Assembly (NCBI GenBank): GCA_964524895.1
Contig: CAZGFG010000003.1
Coordinates: 34,023 to 98,022 of the forward strand
Length of the DNA stretch: 64,000 nt
Direction: 5' to 3'
Source: an uncultured Gammaproteobacteria bacterium
GTDB taxonomy: Bacteria > Patescibacteriota > Microgenomatia > Daviesbacterales > UBA10151
Shown here: positions 49,734 to 60,100 of the stretch, one piece after another
Position numbering within the stretch: the stretch's first letter is position 1
Layout of the letters: each line of letters begins with the position of its first letter
Translations under genes and position numbers: made by a program
Notes under the pieces: model-generated
Told to the model about the DNA's origin: nothing
Databases searched by the model: none
What the model saw: the letters and a program-made list of their open reading frames with translations, nothing else

Positions 49734-51737
49734 TTATCTCACTTTCTTCATAGGGTAAGCATAATACCATGGAAAATCAGTTGTATTTTTTAATCGGTTG
49801 GCTGGATTTTCATCGTTCCCATCTCTGTAAGAACAATTGTTAGGATCACGAATGTCAACGACTTTAGTTGCGGGATTGACTGCATCAACCACAAATATAT
49901 GATCTACAGTTAAGGCGTTTTTACAATTGGCGCAGGGAAAAGCCTTAGACGAGCCCAGGATTAAGTAGCCCTTGTTCAAATACTCTTTTGCCAGATCTAT
50001 ATTCAAACGCCCATTATCCGCTATATTTGGTCCTACCGTCATTCCTAGGTTGGACAACCAGGCGGAATTTAATGCCAAAGCTAGGGAGCTTCCAGTGTCT
50101 CCACAGGTTCTAGCTCCTACTGCTTGAAACTGCTGGTCCACCTGTGTGGGTGTCAAGTTAAAGCCAAATCCGCTTAAAAGCATTGCCATAGAAGTAGGTC
50201 CGCAGCCAGCATTGCCCAGAGAGCAAACAGATTGCCAAGCTGTGTTGCCCTGGCAGTAAAAAGTTATATTCTCGTTTGGTGGAGCCAGAGGTTGGGTATA
50301 GCTGTTTGAGATATGTCCGCGGCAGCTTTGCATACTGTTCCAGATATCATCACCGTAGTTATAAGGCCCAGTACAGCTAGCTGCTCCTCCATAGAGCAAA
50401 CATCCATAGTAGGTATTAACCAATGCATTAATAGCACCTTTATTGTTAGTCCAAGCCGGACTCCACTTTCCGTTATTGGTATACCCTAGATTACCCATTT
50501 TCTTCAATATCCACCCAGCACCGACAATGATATTGGCTCTGGGGTCACAATAATCCTCGCGGCTCATAGTAGAAACAGTTTTCCCTATCAGTTTTGCTCC
50601 GGCATCAATACAATCATCACAACTTGCCGGATCTCCTTTGGCAGATTTGGTACCGGGAGGTTGGATTTGCATAATTCCCAAAGCACCGGTAGGGCTTTGC
50701 GCACACTGGTAGCTTTTAATTTGTTCATCAGTCAGGTTGACGGAAGAAGGGGATTCTACCCTGATAAATGCAGCCAAGACGGCTGCCGGGATGTTGGTCA
50801 AATTGGAAGCTTCCCTTATGTAAGTCATTAGCAATGGACTTTTAAAAGATTCATCTTTAGGGTTTTGGTCACTTCTTATAAATTTACAACTTGCTATATC
50901 CTGATTTAAGCCACCTCCCGGGCCCAGATTGAGGTTATCAGGCATAGCGGAAAAGAGCAGGGATCCAAATAAAATTACCCCAATTATTATAAGGACAAGC
51001 TTTGCTTTTGATTTTTTTACCCCCGAGGAAAAGCTACTGGATCCTCGTGCTATATTGTTGGATAAATCTGCCCCATAATTTATCATTGACCCCCCGCGTT
51101 TAAGTATAAAATTACCACCTGCTCCTACCCCGGATCCTAAAAAACCTCCTGCAGAGCGGGGGATCTCCCCTAAAAATCCCATTAACCCTCGGCCCGTACG
51201 GCTAATTGTTTTAGCCGTAACTATCTGGGCTTTGCTGGCAAGGTCTTGAACCGGTGCCAAGCTAACAACTTCGGCAGCCTTGCTGCCTGCTAGCTGTGCC
51301 CCTTCAGAAACCTTCTCTGCCAAATTTGTTTCTTCCCGGGGGATAACAGTTTGGGGGATTGGGGCTGTAGTAGTAGAGGGCTGGGCAACTGGAGGTGGGG
51401 TAGAGGGTTGTTGTGGTAGATCTAAATTTGCCCTTGTTAGTTGTTGGTCAAATTTTTGATTTAAAGCCGCATCTTGGGGATTTTCCCTAAATTGCCCTTG
51501 GGTAATCTGGATAAGATATGGGTCTCTTCTTTCCAGCCCAAGCACCAACTTCTCCGTAAAAACTTTATTATCCGGATAGCTTTTGCTATATAAAGGGAAA
51601 TCAAATCTGGCCCATTTAAAGATAAAAGGGTCATAGGGGAAAGTTCCGTACTTACTTCTGTATACTTTCCATCCTGGGTGCCTAAACTTTTGTCTCAAAG
51701 CATCGGTAATAAAAGCAATACGCTCCTTCTTGTCCAT
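49734..51737 (-). CDS. VirB1-like cell-wall hydrolase: lytic transglycosylase (SLT) domain fused to a papain-fold (C39/CHAP-like) peptidase domain
   Basis: TM anchor. SLT motifs FIRVESPSS and ALGIMQIQP. C-terminal Cys/His pair region CGPTSMAMLL ... DHIFVVDAV. Confidence 0.55.
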   Translation of the reverse strand: MDKKERIAFITDALRQKFRHPGWKVYRSKYGTFPYDPFIFKWARFDFPLYSKSYPDNKVFTEKLVLGLERRDPYLIQITQGQFRENPQDAALNQKFDQQLTRANLDLPQQPSTPPPVAQPSTTTAPIPQTVIPREETNLAEKVSEGAQLAGSKAAEVVSLAPVQDLASKAQIVTAKTISRTGRGLMGFLGEIPRSAGGFLGSGVGAGGNFILKRGGSMINYGADLSNNIARGSSSFSSGVKKSKAKLVLIIIGVILFGSLLFSAMPDNLNLGPGGGLNQDIASCKFIRSDQNPKDESFKSPLLMTYIREASNLTNIPAAVLAAFIRVESPSSVNLTDEQIKSYQCAQSPTGALGIMQIQPPGTKSAKGDPASCDDCIDAGAKLIGKTVSTMSREDYCDPRANIIVGAGWILKKMGNLGYTNNGKWSPAWTNNKGAINALVNTYYGCLLYGGAASCTGPYNYGDDIWNSMQSCRGHISNSYTQPLAPPNENITFYCQGNTAWQSVCSLGNAGCGPTSMAMLLSGFGFNLTPTQVDQQFQAVGARTCGDTGSSLALALNSAWLSNLGMTVGPNIADNGRLNIDLAKEYLNKGYLILGSSKAFPCANCKNALTVDHIFVVDAVNPATKVVDIRDPNNCSYRDGNDENPANRLKNTTDFPWYYAYPMKKVR

Positions 51738-51741
51738 AAGT

Positions 51742-53502
51742 TTAGAGTCTTTGTTTAGCTATTAAATCCGCCGGATTAGAAGTAATCAGTTCGTGTTCCT
51801 GCGGGGAAGCTACCACCCTCATTGCCACATGGGTATTACCGGCAAAAAACAACCCTTGCCCGATACCGGCAGAAAGTAGCAACCTTTGTTCGCCTTCCGA
51901 TAGATTAAACACTTGCCCCAACCGGTCGATAGAGGCAGGAGCCTGTTTTAAAAGCACTTGGATAGAGGAGTTAGAGATGACCTCTTTACCCCGCTCTCCG
52001 GAGAGAAAGTCTTCTACATCTTGAGTAATTGTTGTCAGTCCCAAATAATATTTGCGCGCTCTTTTGGCAATATCCACTAAAAAATTTGCCGAGTCTTCAA
52101 ACCGCATTAAATACCATGCCTCGTCTACTATTAAAATACGTTTTTTTAGCCTGGTGCGTATTTTGGTCCAGATATATTCCAGGATCATGTGCATAGCTAG
52201 GGGGCGTAGTTGGTCTGCCAGGTCCCGGACAGAGAAGACGGTAAAAGAATTGGTAATGTTGATATTTGATTGCGAAGAGAAAATCCCCGAAAGCGATCCT
52301 TTAACAAACCGCTCCAATCTGGCTGCCAAAGATAGGGCGACTTTTTCCTCCATCCCCACCAATACTTTATAAAGGTCTTCCATTAAAGGTGGGGTTTTGG
52401 ATTGGGTTTTAGGGTCATCGGTGATCCCCTTTAACTGGTAGGTTTGTTTTAAGGCCCTGTCGAGGATGGCCGACTCATCCGGGTCTAGATTTCCCAGCAC
52501 TAATTTGAGAAATGCTGTAAGGGATAGTATCTTTCTGCCCAACTCATTTTCTCCGCTTAAGACTTCGGCAGAAAGGTCAAAAGGGTTTATTTTAATAGGG
52601 GATGATGCGGAAAAATTAAGATACTCTCCTCCCACTGCCTCGCAAAGAGGCAGGTATTCCTGTTCCGGGTCAATGGTGATAACCTCTGTCCCAAACATCA
52701 AAGACCGGACAGCCTCCAGTTTAACAAAATAACTCTTACCAGCGCCGCTTTTGGCGAATACGACCGAGTTCGCATTTTCCAAAGAAAAACGGTCAAAAAG
52801 TATCAGCGACTCGTTATGCTCATTAATCCCGTACATGATCCCCTCGTTGGCAGTTAACTCGGATGAGGCAAACGGGAAAGTAGTAGCCAAGGAGGTAGTA
52901 TCCATATTATGAGTGAGGTTTAAAAGATCCTGGCCTAAAGGCAGAGTAGACTTGAACCCGTCTTCCATCTGCAGGGTTGTTGCTTGCGAAGACATTGATA
53001 ACGAAGCAAGGGTGGACTCAACCAGCTTGGAGGTGTTTTTTAGATCGTCTATATTGATCGCAGGAACGGTGACATACAAAGAGAATTGGAAAAACCGCTC
53101 TACTCCCTTAACCAACTGGTCCTGCAGGGCTCTGGCATCATCAAGAGCTACCTCCACTGCCGGATCTACAGCGTGGCCTCTTTCCATGTCTGTTTGGATA
53201 GTGGCCTCCATTTCTCCGACTTTTCTTTTAAGATCATCCAATACTCCTTTTGACTGTGAAGGGTAGATGAACATTGAAATAAATAAAGAATGGTCAAATG
53301 AGATTAAAGGTTCCAACCAGTTAGGTTCTATAAACCTTGGATAATTCGACACAAAATAAGTCCGGTAGAATCTGTTATTAATCCGCAGATCGTTAAAATC
53401 CACCTCTATTTCGGCCGGAGCAATTACATCCTGGATATTGAAATTGGGGGTTTGATCATCGGGCATATTCTTGCTCTTTTTAAAATGCGAAAATATATTC
53501 AT
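51742..53502 (-). CDS. Type IV secretion ATPase VirB4/TrbE/CagE, central and C-terminal ATPase part
   Basis: RFYRTYFVSNYPRFIEPNWLEPLISFDHSLFISMFIYP matches the VirB4 mid-region pattern. Walker A FAKSGAGKSYF and Walker B ILIVDEAW. C-terminal VirB4-like (ITQDVEDF, HELITSN). Confidence 0.75.
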   Translation of the reverse strand: MNIFSHFKKSKNMPDDQTPNFNIQDVIAPAEIEVDFNDLRINNRFYRTYFVSNYPRFIEPNWLEPLISFDHSLFISMFIYPSQSKGVLDDLKRKVGEMEATIQTDMERGHAVDPAVEVALDDARALQDQLVKGVERFFQFSLYVTVPAINIDDLKNTSKLVESTLASLSMSSQATTLQMEDGFKSTLPLGQDLLNLTHNMDTTSLATTFPFASSELTANEGIMYGINEHNESLILFDRFSLENANSVVFAKSGAGKSYFVKLEAVRSLMFGTEVITIDPEQEYLPLCEAVGGEYLNFSASSPIKINPFDLSAEVLSGENELGRKILSLTAFLKLVLGNLDPDESAILDRALKQTYQLKGITDDPKTQSKTPPLMEDLYKVLVGMEEKVALSLAARLERFVKGSLSGIFSSQSNINITNSFTVFSVRDLADQLRPLAMHMILEYIWTKIRTRLKKRILIVDEAWYLMRFEDSANFLVDIAKRARKYYLGLTTITQDVEDFLSGERGKEVISNSSIQVLLKQAPASIDRLGQVFNLSEGEQRLLLSAGIGQGLFFAGNTHVAMRVVASPQEHELITSNPADLIAKQRL

Positions 53503-54269
53503 ATATTGTCTGTTAACTCTTCTACAACAAAAGGTGAATTCCTCGTTGGACGGGGGGTCTGATCATTAATAGGAGCTGCAGCAAAGGTTGTACCTGTAGC
53601 GGGAGTGGGTTGAGAGGCTACCGCTGCAGGAGAGGGGAATAGCTTTGGTTTAGGTTGGCTTAAATTAACCGGTTCCACAACAGGTTTATCCGTTAAGCTT
53701 CGGGTTTCTGCTTCGATATAAGAAGTACCGTTATATAGATCATAGAAAAGTTCAATCAGTTGCCGGGTATTCAGTTGAGTGCTTTTTAAACCAATCCGGT
53801 TTAGTTGCCTAATTAGCTGATCCCTTCTTGGCAAAAGCAGATTTTTGCTTTTCTTTAAAGTTGAAGTAAGGTCGTTTTTAAGGCCCAACTCAATTGCAAA
53901 AACCGGTATGACAATATAGAACTTTTTATCCAATACTTCGTTCTCTTTAACAATATTTTGGATAAACTGCCGGTATAGGACCATCATCTGCGAAAGCAGC
54001 GGATTGGTTTGCATTTTTTGAGCTTTGTCCAAAAGTAACAAGTAAGAGCTAATATTTAGCCTTTCCGACAAGATCAAAATTTGTATACTAAAAGATAAGG
54101 AGTTAAGCATTTGGGCAAAAGCAGCGATGATCCCCAGCTGTTCTCTTTCTGAAAGTAACCCAAAATTTACGGCACTGGTTTGTAAGACTAAAGCTGCTCC
54201 GCCACTCTTTAGCAAGAGGAGGTCATCTTTAATATCGCTTATAGATAGGTGCTGCTGTGTCAAACTCAT
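53499..54269 (-). CDS. VirB4 N-terminal domain encoded as a separate ORF (split VirB4)
   Basis: LSISDIKDDLLLLKSGGAALVLQTSAVNFGLLSEREQ resembles the VirB4/TraC N-terminus (h-p-D-hhLLxDGSh...G). It ends in a Pro/Thr-rich linker. Its TGA stop overlaps the ATG of the ATPase ORF (ATGA). 256 + 586 aa is roughly the canonical VirB4 size. Confidence 0.5.
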   Translation of the reverse strand: MSLTQQHLSISDIKDDLLLLKSGGAALVLQTSAVNFGLLSEREQLGIIAAFAQMLNSLSFSIQILILSERLNISSYLLLLDKAQKMQTNPLLSQMMVLYRQFIQNIVKENEVLDKKFYIVIPVFAIELGLKNDLTSTLKKSKNLLLPRRDQLIRQLNRIGLKSTQLNTRQLIELFYDLYNGTSYIEAETRSLTDKPVVEPVNLSQPKPKLFPSPAAVASQPTPATGTTFAAAPINDQTPRPTRNSPFVVEELTDNI

Positions 54270-54273
54270 AATT

Positions 54274-55383
54274 TTAACTGCTGCCGATTACTTTTTTGGC
54301 GGCTATAGCAAGAGGAGGTATTACCGAACCGACTAACTCGATCTGCAGAGCATCAAAAACCAGATTATCTTTTTCCAATTCGATTGTGTAAACTCCATTT
54401 GGCAGCGGAGTGCTGCCACTAAATTGGCCCAGTTTGTTGGTTTTTAGAGCCCTAACAGGTAACCCTTCCTTGTCATAAATAACCACAACTACCCCTTCCA
54501 GGTAGTTATTTTCGGAATCTTTAACAATCCCGTTTATAACGTTTGGGAAAGTGGTTAGCATCAGTTGTGTTTGCTTAGGCTTTTGAGGGGTAGTTACCGT
54601 TATTTTTACCCTTTCCTTAGGTTGTTCTTGGAGGGGTATAGTTGGTTGGGTCGTATCTATATCGGCCAGTCGTTGCTTGATTTCAGAAGCCTGGTTAATT
54701 AGCTGTTGCAGGTTGGCCAAAACATTAGCTATTTCCCGGGAGTAATCAACGTTTATAGTTTGAGGTTGCCCGGCAGCTTCTTTGATTTGATTAAGCTTTC
54801 GTTCATTTTCTATGATCTTTATCTGCAAATTTTGAGCCTCTTTGGCCAATTCTACTGTTTTTTGCAACTCTTCCTGGCTGGGGAGAGCTTCTTTAGGTTC
54901 CGGTTGGGGAACAGTTCTAAAAGGTATCTCTGCCTTGGGGGCGAAAATAGGCGGAGTATTGTTAGGCTGCATAGAAGTTAGGGGGCGCAGTGCCGGGATT
55001 GGAGGGTTTGTTATGGGAGAAGGTTGTCCTACAGGAGAAAGGAACATTGTTAACCTACTTTTAAACAAAGGTTCTTCCCCATAACCCTTATTATTTTTAC
55101 TCCAGGTTTGTTTGGTAGGAGAGTAAACAGCTCTCAAAAATGCTATCAACCAGTAGTCTAAAGACCTGTAACCTATAGGTAAAAAGGCAAAGGCAGCACC
55201 GGTCAAACTGAACATTATTATTAGAGGCCAAGCAATTATCGGGGCAGAAGGTGTTAGGAAGATAAAAAGAATATAGGCAACTACTATTCCGCTTGCCAAA
55301 TAAGCAAACTGCTTGATAGTCATATCTCCTACCAACTTGAATTGGAAAGAGGTGACATTTTGTGGTACCGGGTGTGCTTCCAT
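54274..55383 (-). CDS. VirB3-like two-TM protein fused to a coiled-coil and a C-terminal beta-sandwich (carboxypeptidase-regulatory-like) domain
   Basis: Two N-terminal TM helices (IKQFAYLASGIVVAYILFIFL, IIAWPLIIMFSLTGAAFAFL) in the VirB3 position immediately upstream of VirB4. Pro-rich linker, then coiled-coil (LQKTVELAKEAQNLQIKIIENERKL). C-terminal VINGIVKDSENNYLEGVVVVIYDKEGLPV...GVYTIEL. Confidence 0.35.
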   Translation of the reverse strand: MEAHPVPQNVTSFQFKLVGDMTIKQFAYLASGIVVAYILFIFLTPSAPIIAWPLIIMFSLTGAAFAFLPIGYRSLDYWLIAFLRAVYSPTKQTWSKNNKGYGEEPLFKSRLTMFLSPVGQPSPITNPPIPALRPLTSMQPNNTPPIFAPKAEIPFRTVPQPEPKEALPSQEELQKTVELAKEAQNLQIKIIENERKLNQIKEAAGQPQTINVDYSREIANVLANLQQLINQASEIKQRLADIDTTQPTIPLQEQPKERVKITVTTPQKPKQTQLMLTTFPNVINGIVKDSENNYLEGVVVVIYDKEGLPVRALKTNKLGQFSGSTPLPNGVYTIELEKDNLVFDALQIELVGSVIPPLAIAAKKVIGSS

Positions 55384-55529
55384 AGGACAGATTTTCTCTT
55401 ACTATAGACTCTTATATAACGTGAAAAAATATGCGTCTAGAGATACAAACTGGGTCATTTGCGAGCAATCGTGCCCTTTTGCCTTCTAAACTATCAACTA
55501 GTGGTAAACAATTTTCCTATTGACAGTAG

Positions 55530-55725
55530 AGTAGAAGTAGTTTTATTCTTTAAAGACAATTTAGAAGGAGTAGGTTGGATCAGACCAACCTTAACCAGGG
55601 GAAATCCCGATCGTTTCGGGAGCTGTGCCGCAACCGTGAAAGCCGGACTGCCTGGACTCCTAATATTTCTTCGAGCAAAGAAGGTGTACTTAACCCCTCG
55701 AAGAGGGGTTTTTGATTGGTTAATT
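55530..55725 (+). promoter_or_regulatory. Structured GC-rich 5' leader (candidate riboswitch or attenuator) of the 55726-60542 operon
   Basis: Possible promoter TTGACA (55521) with TATTCT 18 nt downstream. Several hairpins (ggttgg-atcaga-ccaacc, cccga-tcgtt-tcggg) in a segment that looks GC-richer than its surroundings. It ends in a terminator-like hairpin. Confidence 0.4.
55694..55713 (+). terminator. Intrinsic-terminator-like hairpin 12 nt upstream of the start codon
   Basis: cccctc-gaa-gagggg followed by TTTTTG. Confidence 0.45.
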
Positions 55726-57066
55726 ATGACAACTGCAGAAACGAGAGCTGAATATTTTCCCAGGATTGCAGCAAGAGAGGCAAATTTGCCCCCTACACGG
55801 CCTCACAGCCCCGATATTTGGCGCTATATAGAAGAGGAATCTAGGCTCAAGAATACCCCTTTTAACTTGCATCTGGAATGGAAATCTTTTACTGCAAACT
55901 TTAAAGACGGTTTGGCAGAAGGTTTAACTGCCCCGGAGGCAGCCCTGAAGGCGTACCGTGGAACGGAGTTGAATATCAGGAGCTTTATGCGGGAGTTTGG
56001 GGAGCAGGCTTTGGTCCTGCCTCATCTGATCGGGGAAAAAGATGGGCAGATAGTTAACAGCTTTGACGGCAAGCCTATTCTCCCCAGGATTACCAAGAAT
56101 GAAAGAGGCGGGTCAGTATTTTTTGCTTCCCAGCAGCTCCAAACCTTTTTCCAGATGCATAAAGAGACTGGAGCGATGGCATTTTATACCAACCCTGACG
56201 GTTGGATTGGTGTTTTTGATAAAAATGGGAAACCGATTCTGGATAAGGAGGGTAAACCATTCGTTTATAAAAGTAGCGAGACATTTGTTTTCTGGCGTGG
56301 AGAAAACGGCAACTTAAGAGGGGTAACTATTGTAACGGATATGGATAGAGACAAGCATAAGAGTTTGCTGGCATCATTTGGAGTAAAGGATAATATGGAT
56401 GGTGAAAGTGAAGAAGAGGAGATTATGAATATTGTCAGCCATCCCGCTTTCATAGCTGGTGGCATGGACAAATTAAACACCCCTGTTGATGTGGCAAAAA
56501 AAATTGTAGAGATCCGGGGCACAAAAGATATTAGGATAGAACAGATGGATGGCAGTATAGAATACAAACCGGTTTCTGATATTTTTAAGGACTTGGATAG
56601 ATTAGATGAGCTGTTACTTTTTAACGAAACAGGAGAGAGATATTTAGAAGACCTTAAGGAGATGGTACTGACCAATGCCGATCATTTAGAGGATCCGAGA
56701 ATACAACTTTGGGTGATTAGAGGGATAGAGGATGTAATACTTAGACTGACTAGGCAAATCCGCAAAAGGGGAGCCGGCCAGGAGATTATTTTTAACCAGG
56801 CAATTACATTAAGGCAGAAGTCTGTGGAGCAACCTAACTTTGAAAGTGAGGATTTTTCCGAGGAGGTAAAATTTTTGGCCAATAGAGTGGGCTGTGCTCC
56901 GGGATCCTCGCGGAGTAGTATAAGAGGCTATGGAGCTGGAAGGATATCTGGAGATGGGATAGAAAGCACATTTTTGCCGGGAAAGTGTATTAATTGTGGA
57001 AAAGCGGGTTTGGTAGAATGTGGCTGGTGCCGTGGTTGTGTTATGAAAACGTCTCTCAGCGGTTGA
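55726..57066 (+). CDS. Hypothetical soluble protein with a C-terminal Cys-rich zinc-ribbon-like tail; candidate T4SS-associated cargo
   Basis: Start moved to the internal ATG (MTTAETRAEYF). The 89 upstream codons of the ORF track cover the structured leader. C-terminal CINCGKAGLVECGWCRGC. No signal peptide or TM. Confidence 0.45.
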   Translation: MTTAETRAEYFPRIAAREANLPPTRPHSPDIWRYIEEESRLKNTPFNLHLEWKSFTANFKDGLAEGLTAPEAALKAYRGTELNIRSFMREFGEQALVLPHLIGEKDGQIVNSFDGKPILPRITKNERGGSVFFASQQLQTFFQMHKETGAMAFYTNPDGWIGVFDKNGKPILDKEGKPFVYKSSETFVFWRGENGNLRGVTIVTDMDRDKHKSLLASFGVKDNMDGESEEEEIMNIVSHPAFIAGGMDKLNTPVDVAKKIVEIRGTKDIRIEQMDGSIEYKPVSDIFKDLDRLDELLLFNETGERYLEDLKEMVLTNADHLEDPRIQLWVIRGIEDVILRLTRQIRKRGAGQEIIFNQAITLRQKSVEQPNFESEDFSEEVKFLANRVGCAPGSSRSSIRGYGAGRISGDGIESTFLPGKCINCGKAGLVECGWCRGCVMKTSLSG

Positions 57067-57134
57067 CAGTTAAGTCAGATAGACTCTACACTAAAATTGA
57101 CCATAGTGTGATAGAGGTTTAAAATACGCGCACT

Positions 57135-60100
57135 ATGGCAGAAAGACTAATGCCTGAATCTGCTCCACAAATTATCTTAGCCAGTCGTAGTGGAAAAGAG
57201 ATTGGCAGCGTGCCCATTTCTCCTGTAGAGAGGGAAACTTCTCCAAAATCAGAATTCGAGCATATCAGAGATCAGTACCTTGGTGCACAAGATAGGTATT
57301 GGGGTTTATGCAGCGTAGATTCGACAAGATTGCCTTCTTCTGCAGCTATATCTCACCGATTGTCGTTGGACGAAGCTAGAAACACCCTTAAAGGTTATAA
57401 AGATCAGATTATGGAGTTAGTAAGGGAAGCAGAAGATGGGCATGACCTTCTGGTTGAAATACGTCAAGAACAAGGGGATCGCTATAAAGAGTTAAGAAGT
57501 CTTCCTCCTGCCTCTCGGTCGGATAATTTGGGAAAGATTTTTGCAGGAATAGATTGGGAAAAGGGATTGTGGCAATTACCTGGTTTTAGGGCTTTGGAAT
57601 CAAAGTTTAAAGGGTTACCTAACTTCTTGTGGGAGGAAACGATACGGAGCACAGCCAAGGATATAAGGCGGGACTCTTTGACTGAGGAAGTAAGAGATAG
57701 ACTAATAAGTAGAAAAGATCCTAGGGTAAGTATAGAGCCGGATGTTGATGTTGGAGACCATATGTTTGTAGAGCTAAAACTTCAGAGGGAAATAGATAGG
57801 TTGGTTGAATCAAAAGTAGCCCTCTCTCCTTATATGGAGCAGGTAAGATTTCGGGTTGAAGAGGAAAGCGAAATTATTCCGGCAGGGTCTGAATGGCTAA
57901 ATTACGCGGAGAAACAAGTACCCAACGAGGCAATTGGTAAGGTTTATGAAAAAGTGGAAGAGATAAGAAGAGAAAGTGACCGTATGCTTTTTGTAGCGGT
58001 AGTGCGCTTAAGAGACGAGTATGGGATAGATATTGAGCCTGATCATAAGATTGTGGAGAGGATGAGAACTTTAACCGAAGCAAGAATGAATGCCAAAGGG
58101 GGAGCCGAAACAGTTAATAAAGGCGGTTTTGAATACATGCTTCATTTTCGGGAAAATTACGCCAATAATTTCAGAGGCCATTGGGCGGCTACCTATGCGG
58201 AAGACCCGAATGTGGCGCTGGCTTTCCATTATCTAAGCCATGGAGTAGATACCCAAATTCTTAAGGATAGTAACCAGGGAGAATATTTTAGAGGGTGCCC
58301 AAAAGAGGTGGCCAGACCAAAAAATGACGAAATTCAAAGGTACCAAAAGACGGCTCAAGACAAGATGATAATAGGACTGGCAAGTCATGAGCTGGTTCTG
58401 AAGGCTCGGTATGATGCAAGAGTAAATGATCCGGAGGAAAGAAGAAAAATGGTTTTATTGTCGAGGTCAGACCGTCAGAAGAGAGAGAAGCAGATTTTTG
58501 CTGAAGAACGGGACCGATTCCTTAGCGAACATCCCGTTTTTCAGGAAACCAAAGCTAGATGGGACAGGAGGGATGCAGCGGAAGCAGCTACGAGAGGCAT
58601 ACCGGATTTGGCGAAGTTGGTCAATGTTGATGGGAGATTAGTTGATGATAAGACTAGAAGAGATGCAGTCGAAAGAATAATTTTGGATAAGATAGGAGAC
58701 CATGATCCTTTAGTGGATAATCTCGCCTACCTTAGCGTAATTAACAGGACTAAGAATGGTGAAATAGATAACCAACAAAAAGGTGTGCTTATTGGGGAGA
58801 TTAGAAAAAGGGGAATTTCCGACCAAGAGAAAGCAGCGCTTATCAATGAGGTAGAGGAGGGGAGGGTTACTCAAGAGCAAAAAGATTTATTAACCGACAA
58901 AAAACTATGGGAGTGGGTAGAAGTCAGAAACAAAGCGCATAAGGATCAAGGCTGGTACCCTACGCGTTGGGACGAAATTAGGTATTTAATTGACCGCCCA
59001 GAAAAAGTACTCCTTAGAGCTTTAAGCATGGAAGAGTTTTTACAGATGTATCAATCGGTAGATCTTCCCTCCCTTACTCCTAAAGAAAGAGAAAAAAGGC
59101 TCAAAGCGGCTATCCAATCATTGCAAACAGCTCAAACTTATATGTTATTTGAAGGTATAGCGAGTAGGTATGGTGGTACTAGGCTTGAGATAAAAGATGA
59201 AAACGGGAAAGAAATTTACAGCCCATTCTTTGCAGAACTGTGGAACATATTAGATAAAATTGAGGAGGTAGATTTTTCCACTCTGCCTCAAGGAACCGGA
59301 GATGACGTAGACAGTAAGAAGATAGAATGGTACAAGAATCAACAGCATACCGGAGAGACCGCTATAAGTTACATTGCCGGTGACGGAAAGAAGAGGGAAT
59401 TTGTAATTAAAGGAAAATTTGTTGTTAGAGATCTATTCCGGCGTTATAAAATGTCTGGGCGTTTGCCGATGTGGTCATATTATTTGACTGCAGACGATAC
59501 CGCTCTAAGGTTTTTTGCTGATGCAATGGGGGTATCCCCGGAGAGGAAAAGAGAATTAACAGAGATTCTAGAAGGAGAGAGAAGGATATTAAAGCAGGTT
59601 AAAGATAAATTGGTAGATGCTTTTATGTTGGATCCCGATAATAACCCTCATAACCTTAAGGTTAAAGCACGCAGGGTTAATTGGAAGGGCGGCAATATCG
59701 ACTATAGAAAACTTTATGATGCTAGAATGTATTGGTCGACCTCCGGAGGAGCAGTTGCTACTGACCTCTTACCTATTATGGATCTTGGGATTGAAGACCA
59801 GTGGCAGATGGAGGGGCAGGAGGATGCCAGAGAGTTTACAAGCTGGGTGTGTAGAAGAGATGAATTAGAGGATAGGGAGGTAGAATTATACAACGTGTTA
59901 AGCCCCGTAGATTACAACAGGATGTTAGGGGGAGCCGAGGAGCTAAAAAAGTTGATAGGAGGGGGTAAGGTCAAAGATCGACAGGTCCAAGGCCTTCTTA
60001 ATGATTTGCTGAACGGAGCTTATAAGATTAGAGTTATGGCAATTGACTTAGGATTTTCTGACTGGCTTCAAGATCAACCTTTAGAAAATCTGAGATGGAC

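Noticed and set aside
55459-55725. An 89-codon N-terminal extension of the 535-aa ORF
   Set aside because: The translation is non-protein-like. The region contains promoter-like elements, hairpins and a terminator. A good internal ATG (MTTAETRAEYF) follows the terminator, so it was treated as a leader.
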